Below, one piece after another: positions 14,065-26,174 of a DNA stretch of 64,000 nt. Position numbers and translations under genes: made by a program. The stretch's first letter is position 1. Each line of letters starts with the position of its first letter. This stretch comes from Utricularia gibba (Eukaryota; Plantae; Magnoliophyta), in assembly GCA_002189035.1 (NCBI GenBank), contig CM007991.1:930001-994000 (forward strand), in the 5' to 3' direction. Below the pieces are notes generated by a model. The model was not told the DNA's origin. It searched no databases and was given only the letters and a program-made list of their open reading frames with translations.

Positions 14065-15284
14065 CGCCGTTTCCGTAAACGGAATCACCGTTTCATATAT
14101 CCGAATCAACACAGAAAAACATCAATGAAATTGACCTCAAAGTAACATGACAAAATTGTTCCTGTAAGCAAATATTAAAAACTGTAAAATCAGCCTCTAG
14201 GGAACACACGTTCTTCTTCTGACTTGCTTGCTTGAACTGTGGTTGAAGACATCACAGAGATCGTGGGCCAGAACCCGTAAGCCAGGCCTGGGCCGCGCGC
14301 ACCCCATTGCAGTTTATCCAAGCGCAGGCCTTGAATCCTACGGTCCAATTAGTTATACGTCACTATTCATGTTCATCTTTTATAATGTTATTCATTTAGG
14401 TTGTGTTTGATAGCTATAGATTATTTCGATATAAATTTCTCCTGACTGAAGGAATAAAAATAAAAAGGAATGTTGATGGGAACAATTTTATGTATTGTAG
14501 AAAATTAAAAAGTATTTTGATAAAATTTATTCATAATTACCAAACATATTATTATTATTCCGGATACTTGGATATCCCATGTTATTTTTATTAACAAACA
14601 CGTACTTAAAATATTTAATTATTATGATTTTATATTTTAAAAAAATATCATTGTAATGATCTCTCTATTTAAACATATAATCTCCCATCCGTAATTACTG
14701 TAACTTTACACATACCACACCTCCGAGACCCAAGGTTGATCGCATGGGGAGCATAAACCTAAAACGTTGTGAATAACACTGAAATTTGACACGTGTTTAT
14801 TGTGTAGGGTAGACAGAGAGTTTTGTGTATCCTTTCCGCGTATCTGATGATGCTGGAGTAGGCTTAGAACAGATGTAAGGTCAATTTGAATTCACCGACT
14901 TGATGTGTGTGCTTTGAATGGTAAACGTGTACCGTCTCTCCAACGAACCTTCTGCTACAATATCAGTTGGAGATTTTCATTTTCTTTTTAATTCCAAGTC
15001 TGGGAATGGATGCCAACTCCAAATTGCCGTCTGGAGTCGGACTCCATAGTTATACGGCAAGCAAACCGTGTTGGACAGAAGACCTGGTCCTTGAAAAATT
15101 CCAACCCCAACAAGCTTTTTCCATATAAATGTATTGTCTTTCTTCGAAGGGTATATGCTACCGGCATATCTTCAACTTATTCCCAAATCTGAACAACACC
15201 CATATCGTAATTTGAGCAATTTGAGTTGAACCCAACCGAAATCGGAGCAGGGGTTTCATCAGATTTCTGGTTGTGTGTTGGGAG

Positions 15285-16556
15285 ATGGACACCGGACGCG
15301 CCATGGAAGGATGCTGTTTTCTTAGTGCGATCAAGGTACTTATCTCTTTCCCATGGGTGCTGCTTTTGGTATCTGTTTACTGCTGTGGATAAAATATTGC
15401 GGATCGAATGGCTCCTTGATTGATATGATCGAAAGATCACACGGTTTAGCTGTAAATGTGTGATCTGGCTAATCTAGGCGTTGAAAATGTAACGAAGTGA
15501 ATGCTGGGTATCGCAGGAACTTGTTTGCGGAGTCAGAGATTTGCCAGAAACAGGGAAAGGGAAGATGGAGTTTAGGGCATCCTCAAGTACAAGGAAAATA
15601 ACTCATGGGTTTCAATTGGTGGAAGGAAAATCAGGACACGAAATGGAGGATTATCATGTAGCTGAATACAGGAGAAACAAGGATCATGTTCTTGGCTTAT
15701 TCGCCATATTCGATGGCCATTTCGGTGATCAAGTACCCAGCTATCTACGGGACAATCTCTTCAACAACATACTCAAAGAGGTCTCTGCACACTAAACTCT
15801 TCTCTATTGTGGAATAATGATCTGTGAGTCTGAACCCGTTGCCAATCTTCCACAGGAAAAATTCTTGGAGGACCCTGAGACAGCAATAAGAAACGCCTAT
15901 CTTTCAACCGACAAGTTCATCTTGGAGAACACAAGGGAACTGGGTCCTGGGGGATCGACTGCTGTAACAGCAATAGTGGTTGATGGAAAAGAATTATGGG
16001 TCGCCAATGTTGGAGACTCCAGAGCAGTTATCAGCAGGAATGGCGTAGCAGAGCAACTCACGGTGGATCATGAGCCACAAAGGGAAAGGAGAAGAATCAA
16101 AAAACAGGGTGGCTTCGTAGTAACTCTCCCCGGTAAGACCGACGATCAACTGACAAACTGCTACAGATTCCTTGATTTACAATATGGGATTTCCTAACAC
16201 AGGAGACGTGCCTCGGGTTAACGGCCAACTCGCCGTTTCACGAGCTTTTGGAGATCAAAACCTGAAGGCTCACCTGAGCTCGGAGCCCGATCTTCGCAGC
16301 TTACACATCGACTCCAGCACCGAGTTTCTGATACTGGCCAGCGACGGACTATGGAAGGTTAGTAGAAGGCAAAGTGTAACCGAGTTGATGTTTCTTGTGC
16401 TGATTTGGTCCACTTCAGGTGATGGAGAACCAAGAAGCAGTCAGTTTGGTAAAGAGAATCAGAGACCCGCAAGCTGCTGCTAAACGTTTGACAGCGGAAG
16501 CGGTGGCTAGAAAGAGCAAGGATGACATATCATGCGTTGTCATACGCTTTGGATGA
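15285..16556 (+). CDS. PP2C: Protein phosphatase 2C, clade F-like (5 exons; start at 15285 or 15303)
   Basis: [11 protein letters not shown]|ELVCG..., [59 protein letters not shown]. Confidence 0.93.
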
Positions 16557-17367
16557 TGGAATTTGCGCCATTATTTTTTTTTAAATTAGTCGTAGAGCAC
16601 CCAGCTCGGGGATGGATAGAGGCATTTATGTATACGAATGTTTTTTTTATTTTAAAAAATAGGTGTGTAAAATATTATATGATTGTGGTGAAAATTTTTT
16701 GATAGCTTGATAATGACTTCGGCAAAAAATACATATTTAACGTTTTTTTAAAGTAGTAAAATAAAATTATTAATACTTGAAAATCAAAGCGGCATCCCTC
16801 AAAATAGTAAGAAGGCACCCCCAAATGCAAAGGAATAGAAGACAAAAAACACTATCTGGAAAAGAAATTTTGAGAAAATATATAAATTTTTATTTGGTAC
16901 CATATTTCGAAAAAAATATAAATTTGATTTCAATTTTGGATTTTTGTTTTTTTAAAGTAGAAATTAATTATATTTTTCTAAAAAAATAAAAGGAATTCCA
17001 ACCATAAATTAAGATGCCGTAAATGCACATGCGCATGACCTAAGGCAAACAAGTGCACTCAAGAAATGAAGGGGCACATTGGTAATCTTTATTTGTGGTA
17101 ACATATTTGTTCGGTAGTTCTATTTTTGGTAAGAAATCAAAAGAGTATAAATAATTTTTTAAAAAAAGAATGAGGGATCAAAAAAAAAAAAGGATGGGGG
17201 AGATGGTGAACAAATAATGTACGCTTGGATTGTACACGGCGAACTTCATCGGAAAAAACGAGGAGCAAACAAAAAAGAAAAAGAAAATAACATTGGAGTA
17301 AACGAATTGACAAATGCGCTCATATTTTCGAGGATTTGGCGGGAGTTAAGTTCCTCCGATGGTAGTA

Positions 17368-19487
17368 CTAGTAATATGGGATTACAGGCGGCGGTGGAGA
17401 TGCGTACGGGACCCCTGTGATGGGCGGCAGTGGTATTTTCTCGTGTGGAGGTGGTGGAAGTTCGGGCGCTGGTGGGGGCGGTGAGGGTGGTGGCGGCGAG
17501 GGTAGGTAGGTGTGCTTGGGCGGAGGTGACGGAATTGGAGGTGGAGGTGATGTATAGAGGTAAGGAGGATGTGCATGTGATGGTGGTGGGGAGAGCGGTT
17601 CAGGAGGGGGAGCCGGCGGAGATGCGTGTGGAAGGTGTGGCGAAGGAGGAGGGGATGACTGTAGATACGGCGGCGGAGGCGACTCCGATGGCTGGGAATG
17701 TGACGGGGGTGGAGAGGAAGGTGAAGGCGTTGGTGGGGAAGGAATTGGGTACGGTGAAGGAGATGGCGGGGATTCGGATTTTGTCGGGGGAGATGGAGAT
17801 GATTGCGGAGGTGACGGTGCTTTCGTCGGAGGATAAGTGTGATGCGGCGACGGGGATGAAGTTGGAGGCTCTGGTGGTGTGGGTTCTGGCGAAGGACTTA
17901 TCGGTGACGGTGAGGGTGGAAGAACTGTAATAGGAGGCGGTGGCGAATAAATGGAAGTGGGCGCCGGCGGAGGCGAATAGTGGGAACTGGGTGCCGGCGG
18001 TGGTGAGTATTTGGAGATGGGTGCCGGCGGGGGTGAGTATTTGATAGTGGGCGCCGGCGGGGGTGAGTATTTGATAGTGGGCGCCGGCGGTGGTGAGTAT
18101 TTGATAGTGGGCGCCGGCGGTGGCGAATGATTGGAAGACGGTGCCGGCCGTGGTGAATGGCTTGAAGACGGTGCCGGGGGTGGCGAGTAGTTGAAAGAAG
18201 GCGCCGGCGACGGGGCGGGTTGCAGGTTTGGCTTCTTGTGTCCACTCGGCCGCGATGGTGGACCAGAAGGATGTGGCTTCGACGGCGTTGTGCCGGTGCT
18301 GCCACCTCCATAACACGTAGATTTGCTACAATCATATGGCTTCGCCGCCGGGGAAGCACATTCCGCAACGGATCTCTGATCACTCCTGCCCGGAATACAA
18401 TTCTCCCGCCCATCGGAAATCACTCCGCCGCCAATGCTACTGCATTGCGGCGCCTCCTTAGTGAAATAATTATACGAGTAGGTCAAATTCTGCAGCCGCG
18501 GTAACCGGCAAATGCTCGCCGGCACCTCGCCGGTTAGGCGATTATGCGCTACGTCTAGTTGCTCCAAACTCCTCATTTGACTGATCTCCAGAGGCAGAGG
18601 CCCCTGAATATGGTTAAAACTCACATCAAACACCGTCAGTTTCTTCAGAGACCCAATCTCCGGCGGCAAGCATCCCGTCAAATTATCATTCAGCAAGATC
18701 AACTCATTCAAAGTCCTCCCCATTTTCCCCACACTCCGCGGTAAACAACCACCGATATCGTTGTTCGCCAGTACAAGAACACTCACCGGCGAGTTCCCAA
18801 GATTCTCCGGTATCCCAAAACGAAACCTATTATCATTCAAAAACAATGCATCTAATTCCTTGTCAAAAACTCCCGTGGGTAACCCCCTTCAAACTCGTTA
18901 AACCTCAAATCCAAATACTTCATCGACGGCAGCGATAAAACCACCGTCGGGAACCGCCCGACGAATCTGTTGTTACTGAGATCCAATTCATAAAGAAGCT
19001 TCAGTTTACCGAAACTCCTTGGAACCACCCCGCAAAACCGATTACTATTAATGTGAAACAGCGCCAGTTCCGTCAAATCCCCAAGCTCCTCCGGCAAATA
19101 ACCAGCGATATCCGCGTGATTCAAATCCACGCCAGCGACAACCCTCACCGATTCATTCCCCAACGACGGTGCGCAGAACACTCCCTCATAGGAGCACACA
19201 TCTGGACCATTCCAATTCGCAGTGAAGTTAAACGGATCTGAGAAAATCGCCCGCTTCCAAGCCTGCAACGCAATGTAGCTTCGGCGAAGACTAGGGTTCT
19301 CGAAGGCGAACCCGTTCGCAGATCTCTGAATACCGCTCAAATCAACGCAGCCTTCGTCGGAATACACAGCGACAGCCAGCAGCGCCACGACTAGGCACAA
19401 GAAGAGAGGACGGCGGCGCCACATTGTGGCGGTGTAGGCAGCCCTCGTTGTCGTGGGCGGAGGAGGAGGAGGAGGAGGAGGAGGCAT
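17368..19487 (-). CDS. LRX: Leucine-rich repeat extensin (PEX/pollen-type LRX); intronless, split by a 1-bp frameshift at 18883-18887
   Basis: Signal peptide, LQAWKRAIFSDP, LRRs (LFHINSNRFCG, LDLSNNRF), Cys-rich linker, Ser-Pro-rich extensin tail ending YASPPPPVIPYY. Adding one G to the G5 run restores EGGLPTGVFDKELDALFLNDNRF. Confidence 0.92.
17959..18215 (-). repeat. About 8 copies of a 30-bp coding tandem repeat (YSPPPAPTIK-type units) in the LRX extensin domain
   Basis: Units such as gggcgccggcggtggtgagtatttgatagt recur with a 30-bp period. Confidence 0.9.
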
Positions 19488-22055
19488 TGAATGAAAGGGG
19501 GTCAGGGAACAGCAGAAGTCATGGGGTTAGCGAAACCTGACAAATATAATAATCGAGTGTTTTTTTATCTTATGATAATGAATGTGAATACCTACTCCCT
19601 TTTCGCTCCCATCTGCCTCAATTTATTCCCTCCCCTACGCCTACACACACACAATCAACCAATCACATTTTTTATTTCCCCAACATATAAAATAAAAACC
19701 TAAAATTCTTCATCCCCAATCACCTCGCGCCACGTAATTTCTTTGTTTTCACGTCAATAATAATCTGTTTTTTACTACAGTAAAAACCTAAATTTACTTT
19801 ATCAAGTCGTAAATTTCTTTTCAGATGTAGTAAAATGGCTAATAAAACAGTAAAAACGAGTACTTTTTGTTTAATTTACCATTAGTTAAAAGAAGTAAAA
19901 AAAAAAAAGAAATGTTTTATGTATATGATAATATGGGATGTACGACGCGGGGAGTGGACGCGTTATGGGTGCGTCACGTCGAGTGTCTAGTACCTTCCGG
20001 CAGGTTGCGCCAGCTGGGATGATGAGCGCGTGTTGTAGGAAAGTAGGCATAGGGCACGAGGTCTTCCAACTTTTACATTTGTACATGCTACCCATGTTAT
20101 TATTTGCTTTGTTTGATATTTTACAAAAATGCTATCTCCCCTTTTTTTAACATACACTAAGAATAAATTTTTATACACTTTTCTCACACACTTAAAATGC
20201 AGGATCCCGTATCAATTTAAATATTATTTTTGCATTTTTTAAATTAAAAATGAATTCAAGAAACTTTTAAAATAGATGGACCGGTGTAGTAAAAACGAAG
20301 ATGCTAATACTTTAGTTTGTTTTATTCGGTACTACGACTTTTATCAACCTTTTTTTATATATATTAAATGTTGGCATTTATTCAACGATTTGGGGGCGGC
20401 GGTTTGACCTAATCCGGAAGATTATACCGACCTTTAAAGCAGGGAGATCGGGCACGTGACGTGACTAATCGCGAGACAAGCCTGGGATCACGGGAAGAAG
20501 CATTGAAAGATGGGGAAAGTGGACCCCACTACCTGACCGCTTTAGGGTTTCCCCGCCTTTTTCCTGTCCTATTTGGATATGCGCGTGAGCCGATTGGAGA
20601 CCTATCACTTCTTCTTTTTGTTCCCTTTTTCCCCCATAAATTTTATTTTTATTCCAAAGTGCCCCATCCTTATGAATTTCGTTTTTTTTCAATATATTTT
20701 AATATTTTTGTGCGACATAAATAAATTAATGATTTAATTTTTTACGATAATTTTCTAAACCAAAAAACTCAAAATTAGGAATTTATTCTTCCGATTTTTA
20801 TTAATTAATAAATACGGCATCAGGAGGTTACCTGGAGATGCTGGTGACGAATATGAATAGCATTTAAGTAGTGTTGGGGGTACGGAATTCGATCAATTGC
20901 GGGTAGGGGCTGGGTGTTTTGCAGAATATTAATGGATGGGCAGTGGCCAATTGCTCTGGATCCACATTCAAAGGTTCCACAAGAAGGTAGCTGCAGCAAT
21001 TGATGATGATGCCCTGCTTTAATTTCATAAAGAAGGCAAGGAAAGCAATGCACCTCAAGGCAATGAGTTTGAGTTGGACTGCTCATGGAGGGATTCTGCC
21101 CGACCCGATTTAGAGGCGCCCACATAACCCGAATCCATGGCTTCAGCAAGGAGGTTAGTTGCACCTCGCATATTGTAGAGATAAAAGCACCCTTGGTTTG
21201 TCAGCACATGGGACTGGGCGTTGCACAATCAATAGGAAATTAACCAGAGCAAGTGGATTCAAAGCTCAGACTTCTTAGTAAGAGTCTTTGTGCTGAATCT
21301 AGTACAGTTGTTTGGAACCTTGGAACTAATCAAGGGAATCATCACCTAACCATGATAAACATTTTTATCTCTTTCAATAGCGATGGATGATACCATGTGA
21401 TGCATTTGGTCGAGAATGAGACCTGCAGATCCTGAAAAATAACAAAAGAAGTGCACAGCGATAAGACTTCAACTTGCTCAATCTCGCTGGGCAGCATGTT
21501 TCAGGAAAGCGGGCAGGGAACATAAAGGAGATGCATGGATCATTTATAAAGTGTCCAGTGAAGTGTAGATAACTTCCACATCAACAGCACGCTCCCTTAC
21601 CGAGATGTATAATCCCACCCATTCTGATATGAACCCATCTCATTCAATCCACATTATCTGACAATGCATTTCAGGAAAATTGACAGCCACACGATAAAAC
21701 AGACGCATGTATCATGTTTAACATTCCTAATGGAAACAAAGACAGACTGATTATATACTCAAACTGGTTGGAAGAGCATAAGAAAAATAGTGAAATGTAA
21801 ATAACTTCCATATTAAGGTCAATGCTCATTTAGCATGTTCCTTTTGTGATAATCAAGGCCAGTAATCTAAAACCCGATAAGCACATACAGTTCAACAGCA
21901 GCACAGGAGCAAATCCTCAAGAAGTCAATTTCTTGAAGTACGGAACATAGGAAATAAAATTTAACAAAACCCGGCATTCGCTGCTAATTCGTAAAATCGA
22001 CATAGGAAGGCTAACTGAAATTCACAAAGAATTCATAAAGTCTTCGATGATCACC

Positions 22056-22440
22056 TCACGAGGTCTCGCGGTTGGGTTGGACAGCGGCAGTGTTTTTAGG
22101 CGGCGGCGTATATATCCTCGCCCTCTTAAGAATCTCAGCTACTACCCAATGCTTGCGTTTGCTTAGCGGCCGCGAAGGGTCCAATTTCACCTGCATCCAT
22201 TTAGGCGGAGAAACGCAATTCTCAACTCCATCCAATCACACGCATCAAAAGGGGGGGATGAGATCCAAAATTACGCACACGATCGCCAATGTTACACTGA
22301 TTTTGCTCATCGTGCGCCATGAACTTCGAGGTTCGCCTGACGTAACGGTTGTATAGTTTGTGGTGGAAAAGACGATCCACCGCTACGACCACCGATTTCT
22401 GCATTTTATTCGATACCACCATCCCCACCACCGGCTTCAT
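22056..22440 (-). CDS. RPS17: Nuclear-encoded mitochondrial-type ribosomal protein uS17 (2 exons)
   Basis: [23 protein letters not shown]...IGDR|[27 protein letters not shown]; telo-box AAACCCTA and a GGCCCA motif upstream. Confidence 0.92.
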
Positions 22441-22723
22441 CCTTCAGTTCACTCGTCTTCTGTCTCAGAAACCCTATTCAAAAACCCTCCCCACTACACA
22501 CGGCGTTAATTGCAGAGCCATTACGGCGTCGTTTTGCCCCAAGGCCACAATCCCACATTTCCCCAAGGCCCATTTCAAAATCCCAAGTAATTAAAAATAT
22601 GATAACATATATATTATATAAACATAAATAGAGGCGCGAAGGGTTAATTACATCGGTAATTAAACTTATTCTAAAAAAATCGATTAACTGAATTAAATAA
22701 AAATCTGATTTATTCAAAATTCA

Positions 22724-25700
22724 TTAGCCCCTCACTCTAACCGACTTGTAGACATCTGTGTAATCCCCACAAGCTCTACTCCAACCATGATCAATCTCCA
22801 TAACCTTCTTCACCAACTTGCTCCATTCTTCAGGTTCTGCAGACCAATTCAACGATTCCGGTGAATAATCGGGCGAAACACGGCTGCTTAACTACATGCT
22901 TACTCTCTCTGTAGTGATCAAATGCACGATCCACGGCCTGGTTTACTGATCCTTCATGTATTCCCTCGAAGACGAAGCTGCAAATACAAGAGTCATGTGA
23001 AAGTTCCGACCGGTTTGGGTTGTTGAAACAAATGGTGGCTGTTTACCCATTGGCTAGTTGGGGCTGAACATGATTGTGGATGTCGAAAACTGTGTCGGCA
23101 AGCCCACCGGTTTTGCAGACCACAGGGACCTGAACAGAAAGCTCGGTTTCATTTTGTGGGTTATGTAGCTACTTGCTAGATCATCGTGTGACTTACAGCT
23201 CCATAGCGCATTCCGATCATCTGGGCCAGGCCACAGGGCTCGTACAAGGATGGAACCAGGACAATGTCTGCAGCAGCGTAGAGCATGTGGGAGAGCTCCT
23301 CACTGCAAAATTAGTACGGTAGAAGGTGATCTGTGGAAAAGAGGATGCTGTCAATAGATAGCCATACCTGTAAATTTGAAGAATGCGAATGCTGGAGCCT
23401 TGGCTATGCTACAGAAGGAAGTGAAGTTAGCCCCTGATAGATTTCATGCATGTAGTGGTTCTACAACATTACTGCAATTACCAGTTGAGCTAAAGCTTCA
23501 AATTCTCGTTCAACCGAGCATCTGGTGCTTTCCCTAGAACAATCATCTGTCCACCCTGCAACAGAAATGGTGGTTTAAGAAGTCTCATTTATAGGGTTGA
23601 GGCACAGCATGCTCGAGTTTCTACTTGGGACAAGCTCCCACCAATTCATTCACTCGTTGAATTGCACTTTTGATCAAATGAAGACCCTTCTGAGCTGCTA
23701 ATCTGCTGACACAGATAACGAGTGGCACCGCATCAGGATGCTCTAGGTTACCCACTGAAGCTAAACCAAGGCCCTTTTGAACAAAAGCCTTGCAGATCTT
23801 CTTTCCCTTGGTATTGGTTGCTACCAAATCAACGATACATAATGCTTTTAGGAAGGGAGTCAAGCACAGTTGCTTGTGTTCTCCACTTGAGAAAGAAGGC
23901 TTACCATCAAATCTAGCTGGCAAGAATTGATCGGTTGCAGGGTTCCATACTTCAGTATCTATACCATTCAGAATTCCGAAGTACCTATCAAAAAAGGACA
24001 GGGAGGATTGAAATGAAATTAACAGAGAACAAGTCAGGATATAAGCATCGTTCACCGCAGACTGATATCATCCACACGGTTGATTAAAAAAATTTGGGAT
24101 GAACAGAACATTAGCAATATATGCTCACTTGTTTTGGTGCTGTAACAGGGTGGAAGAAAGCCATCCAGATCGGAGTGTTTCCTTGACATATGTAGGAGAA
24201 ACTGTACTGAAGATTACAAGAAAAATAAAAAGGTCCGCGAAATATGCAACAGCTAATATTTTCTTATTCTCAACATACATACAATTTCATTATATCTCAA
24301 CCTTCCTCAAATAGGATGAAGCTATATTTTTAGATAAAAATCTACTCACACTACTGCATTGCTGTAGACAATCCCTCCCTTCAGCAAACTCAACCGCTCA
24401 GGATTATGCCCAATGGTCCGATCATCCACAGCCTAATGGTTTCGAATGAAAAGTTACACTACACTCACAATAAGCGAAATGTCTGCATGCAGATGAATAA
24501 GACATCTTGATTTTTTCATGATGCAAATATCCAAAAGAAGTTGGCGGCTCACCTTCTCTCCAACAGCATATACCGACCCATCAAGACCACACTTTGTAAG
24601 CTGCTCTTGTCTTGTAGAGCCACGTCGAAAAGTTTAGTACAATTATGGCGTAGAAAAGAGACCAACTTATGTCAAAATAAGAGAGATGGCTAGTAATAGA
24701 CCTGCACTCTCCATAATGCTCCATGTTGTGGATTGTCAATACAATACGTGGTATCTGATGACATGTCAGAAAAAAAGTGTTCTTCTTCGCGATGTCTGAA
24801 AATGAATACACGACGTTGCAAAAGCAGGGCTTTCCATGTTACCTTAAGTGAAAGATGATGGTATATGTCCCAGTAAAGCAATGGCAAGCTACCAATTTGC
24901 CATTCATGGACATGAATAATGTCTGGCTGCAATGAAGTGACCTGAGACATGCAGTAAAAACTTTGTCAAATTTCTAAAAATTTTCAAGAAATTTTTGACA
25001 CGAAGACAAAGAGCTAATTACAAATGAATATTGCAATAATGTAAAACCAGTACTAAAAAGACCTGCATCCATTCAAGTGCAGCACGGCTGAAGAAAAGAT
25101 ATGCCTCAAGCTCATCATATGATCCTCCATAGATAGTTCGACCCTTAAAGAAATGATTGCATGGTTCAATAAATAAAACAGGTACATTCATAACTACCCC
25201 TTGGTATGCATTAGTGGGAACCCAATTTCCATCATTAAATGAATCAAATGTACGGATGAACTTCAAATCTTCAATCTGCTGTCTATCAATGCATTCGTAG
25301 AAAGGCAGGAAGATTTCTACTTCATGGCCACGTGCAAGAGAGGCACGAGCTAGCCCAGTCACCACATCACCAAGGCCTCCTACTTTAGCAATAGGAGCCA
25401 TTTCTGCAGCGACATGAACTATGTGCATAACATCTGAGTCCTTCTGGATATCATCCATTCCCCATCCGGAGGCAGTACCCCATGAAGGAAAATCTCTCTT
25501 CCAAAATGGGGTTTCATCACTCGGAGAAGGCCATGCAAGGCTCAAACTTTCTGAAAGCGTTCTTGAACCCCTACTGCCGCTTCTTTGTGCTGCAGCACTT
25601 GAAGCAACAAAAAGCAATGAAACATATGCAAAAATACATCGATTTCTCAGCCGATAGTGTTTCTGTCAAAAAAATAGTACGAAACTGTGCAACATTCGTG

Positions 25701-25930
25701 AATGACATTAAATAGGTGACGATCAAATCGAATTCCGGAAGATTAACCTGAACGGCATTAAATACAACTGCCCGATTCTTGACAATACTCCCGCACAACC
25801 ATAAAACATTGCAACCACCCTTCAATCTTGATCCCCTTTCGTTGAAACTATACAAACAACTCTCTTTCCCGTTCTTCTCCACCAAGAATGTGTTATAGGT
25901 GAGCTGCAGAGCGCAGCTCCGAAGCATCAT
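22724..25930 (-). CDS. Starch synthase, SSVI (SS6)-like, GT5 plus GT1 domains; N-terminus unresolved; 1-bp frameshift at 23514-23515
   Basis: [84 protein letters not shown]; stop at 22724-22726. The [18 protein letters not shown] segment resembles SSVI from memory. Start coordinate is approximate. Confidence 0.85.
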
Positions 25931-26174
25931 TGGGAAACACGATTTAGTGATAGAGACTACACCGTTGATTTGGTGACCAAAAGTTTAAAAAACCAATTCG
26001 ATGATGACAGATTGTGACTGGGGTTTGGGAATTGGAAAATGGACTAGGCTTGAAAGAGAAACCATAAAGCCCAATCTTTTCTCCAGCTGCCCTTTTGGGC
26101 CGAGGAATTTCCGGCGAAGGGCGATAATGATAAAGCTGCCGCAGTTGACGCCGGGGCTGCGGCCGAGAAATCCG

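Noticed and set aside
17430-18413. Alternative-frame ORFs over the LRX extensin region
   Set aside because: Produced by low-complexity Pro-rich repeats that lack stops in several frames.
19425-19487. Poly-Pro (GGA repeat) N-terminal extension before the LRX signal peptide
   Set aside because: Probably a 5' leader microsatellite with translation from the downstream ATG (MWRRRP); cannot be resolved here.
20820-21450. ORFs of 64-114 aa downstream of RPS17
   Set aside because: No recognisable motifs; more likely extended 3' UTR or intergenic sequence.
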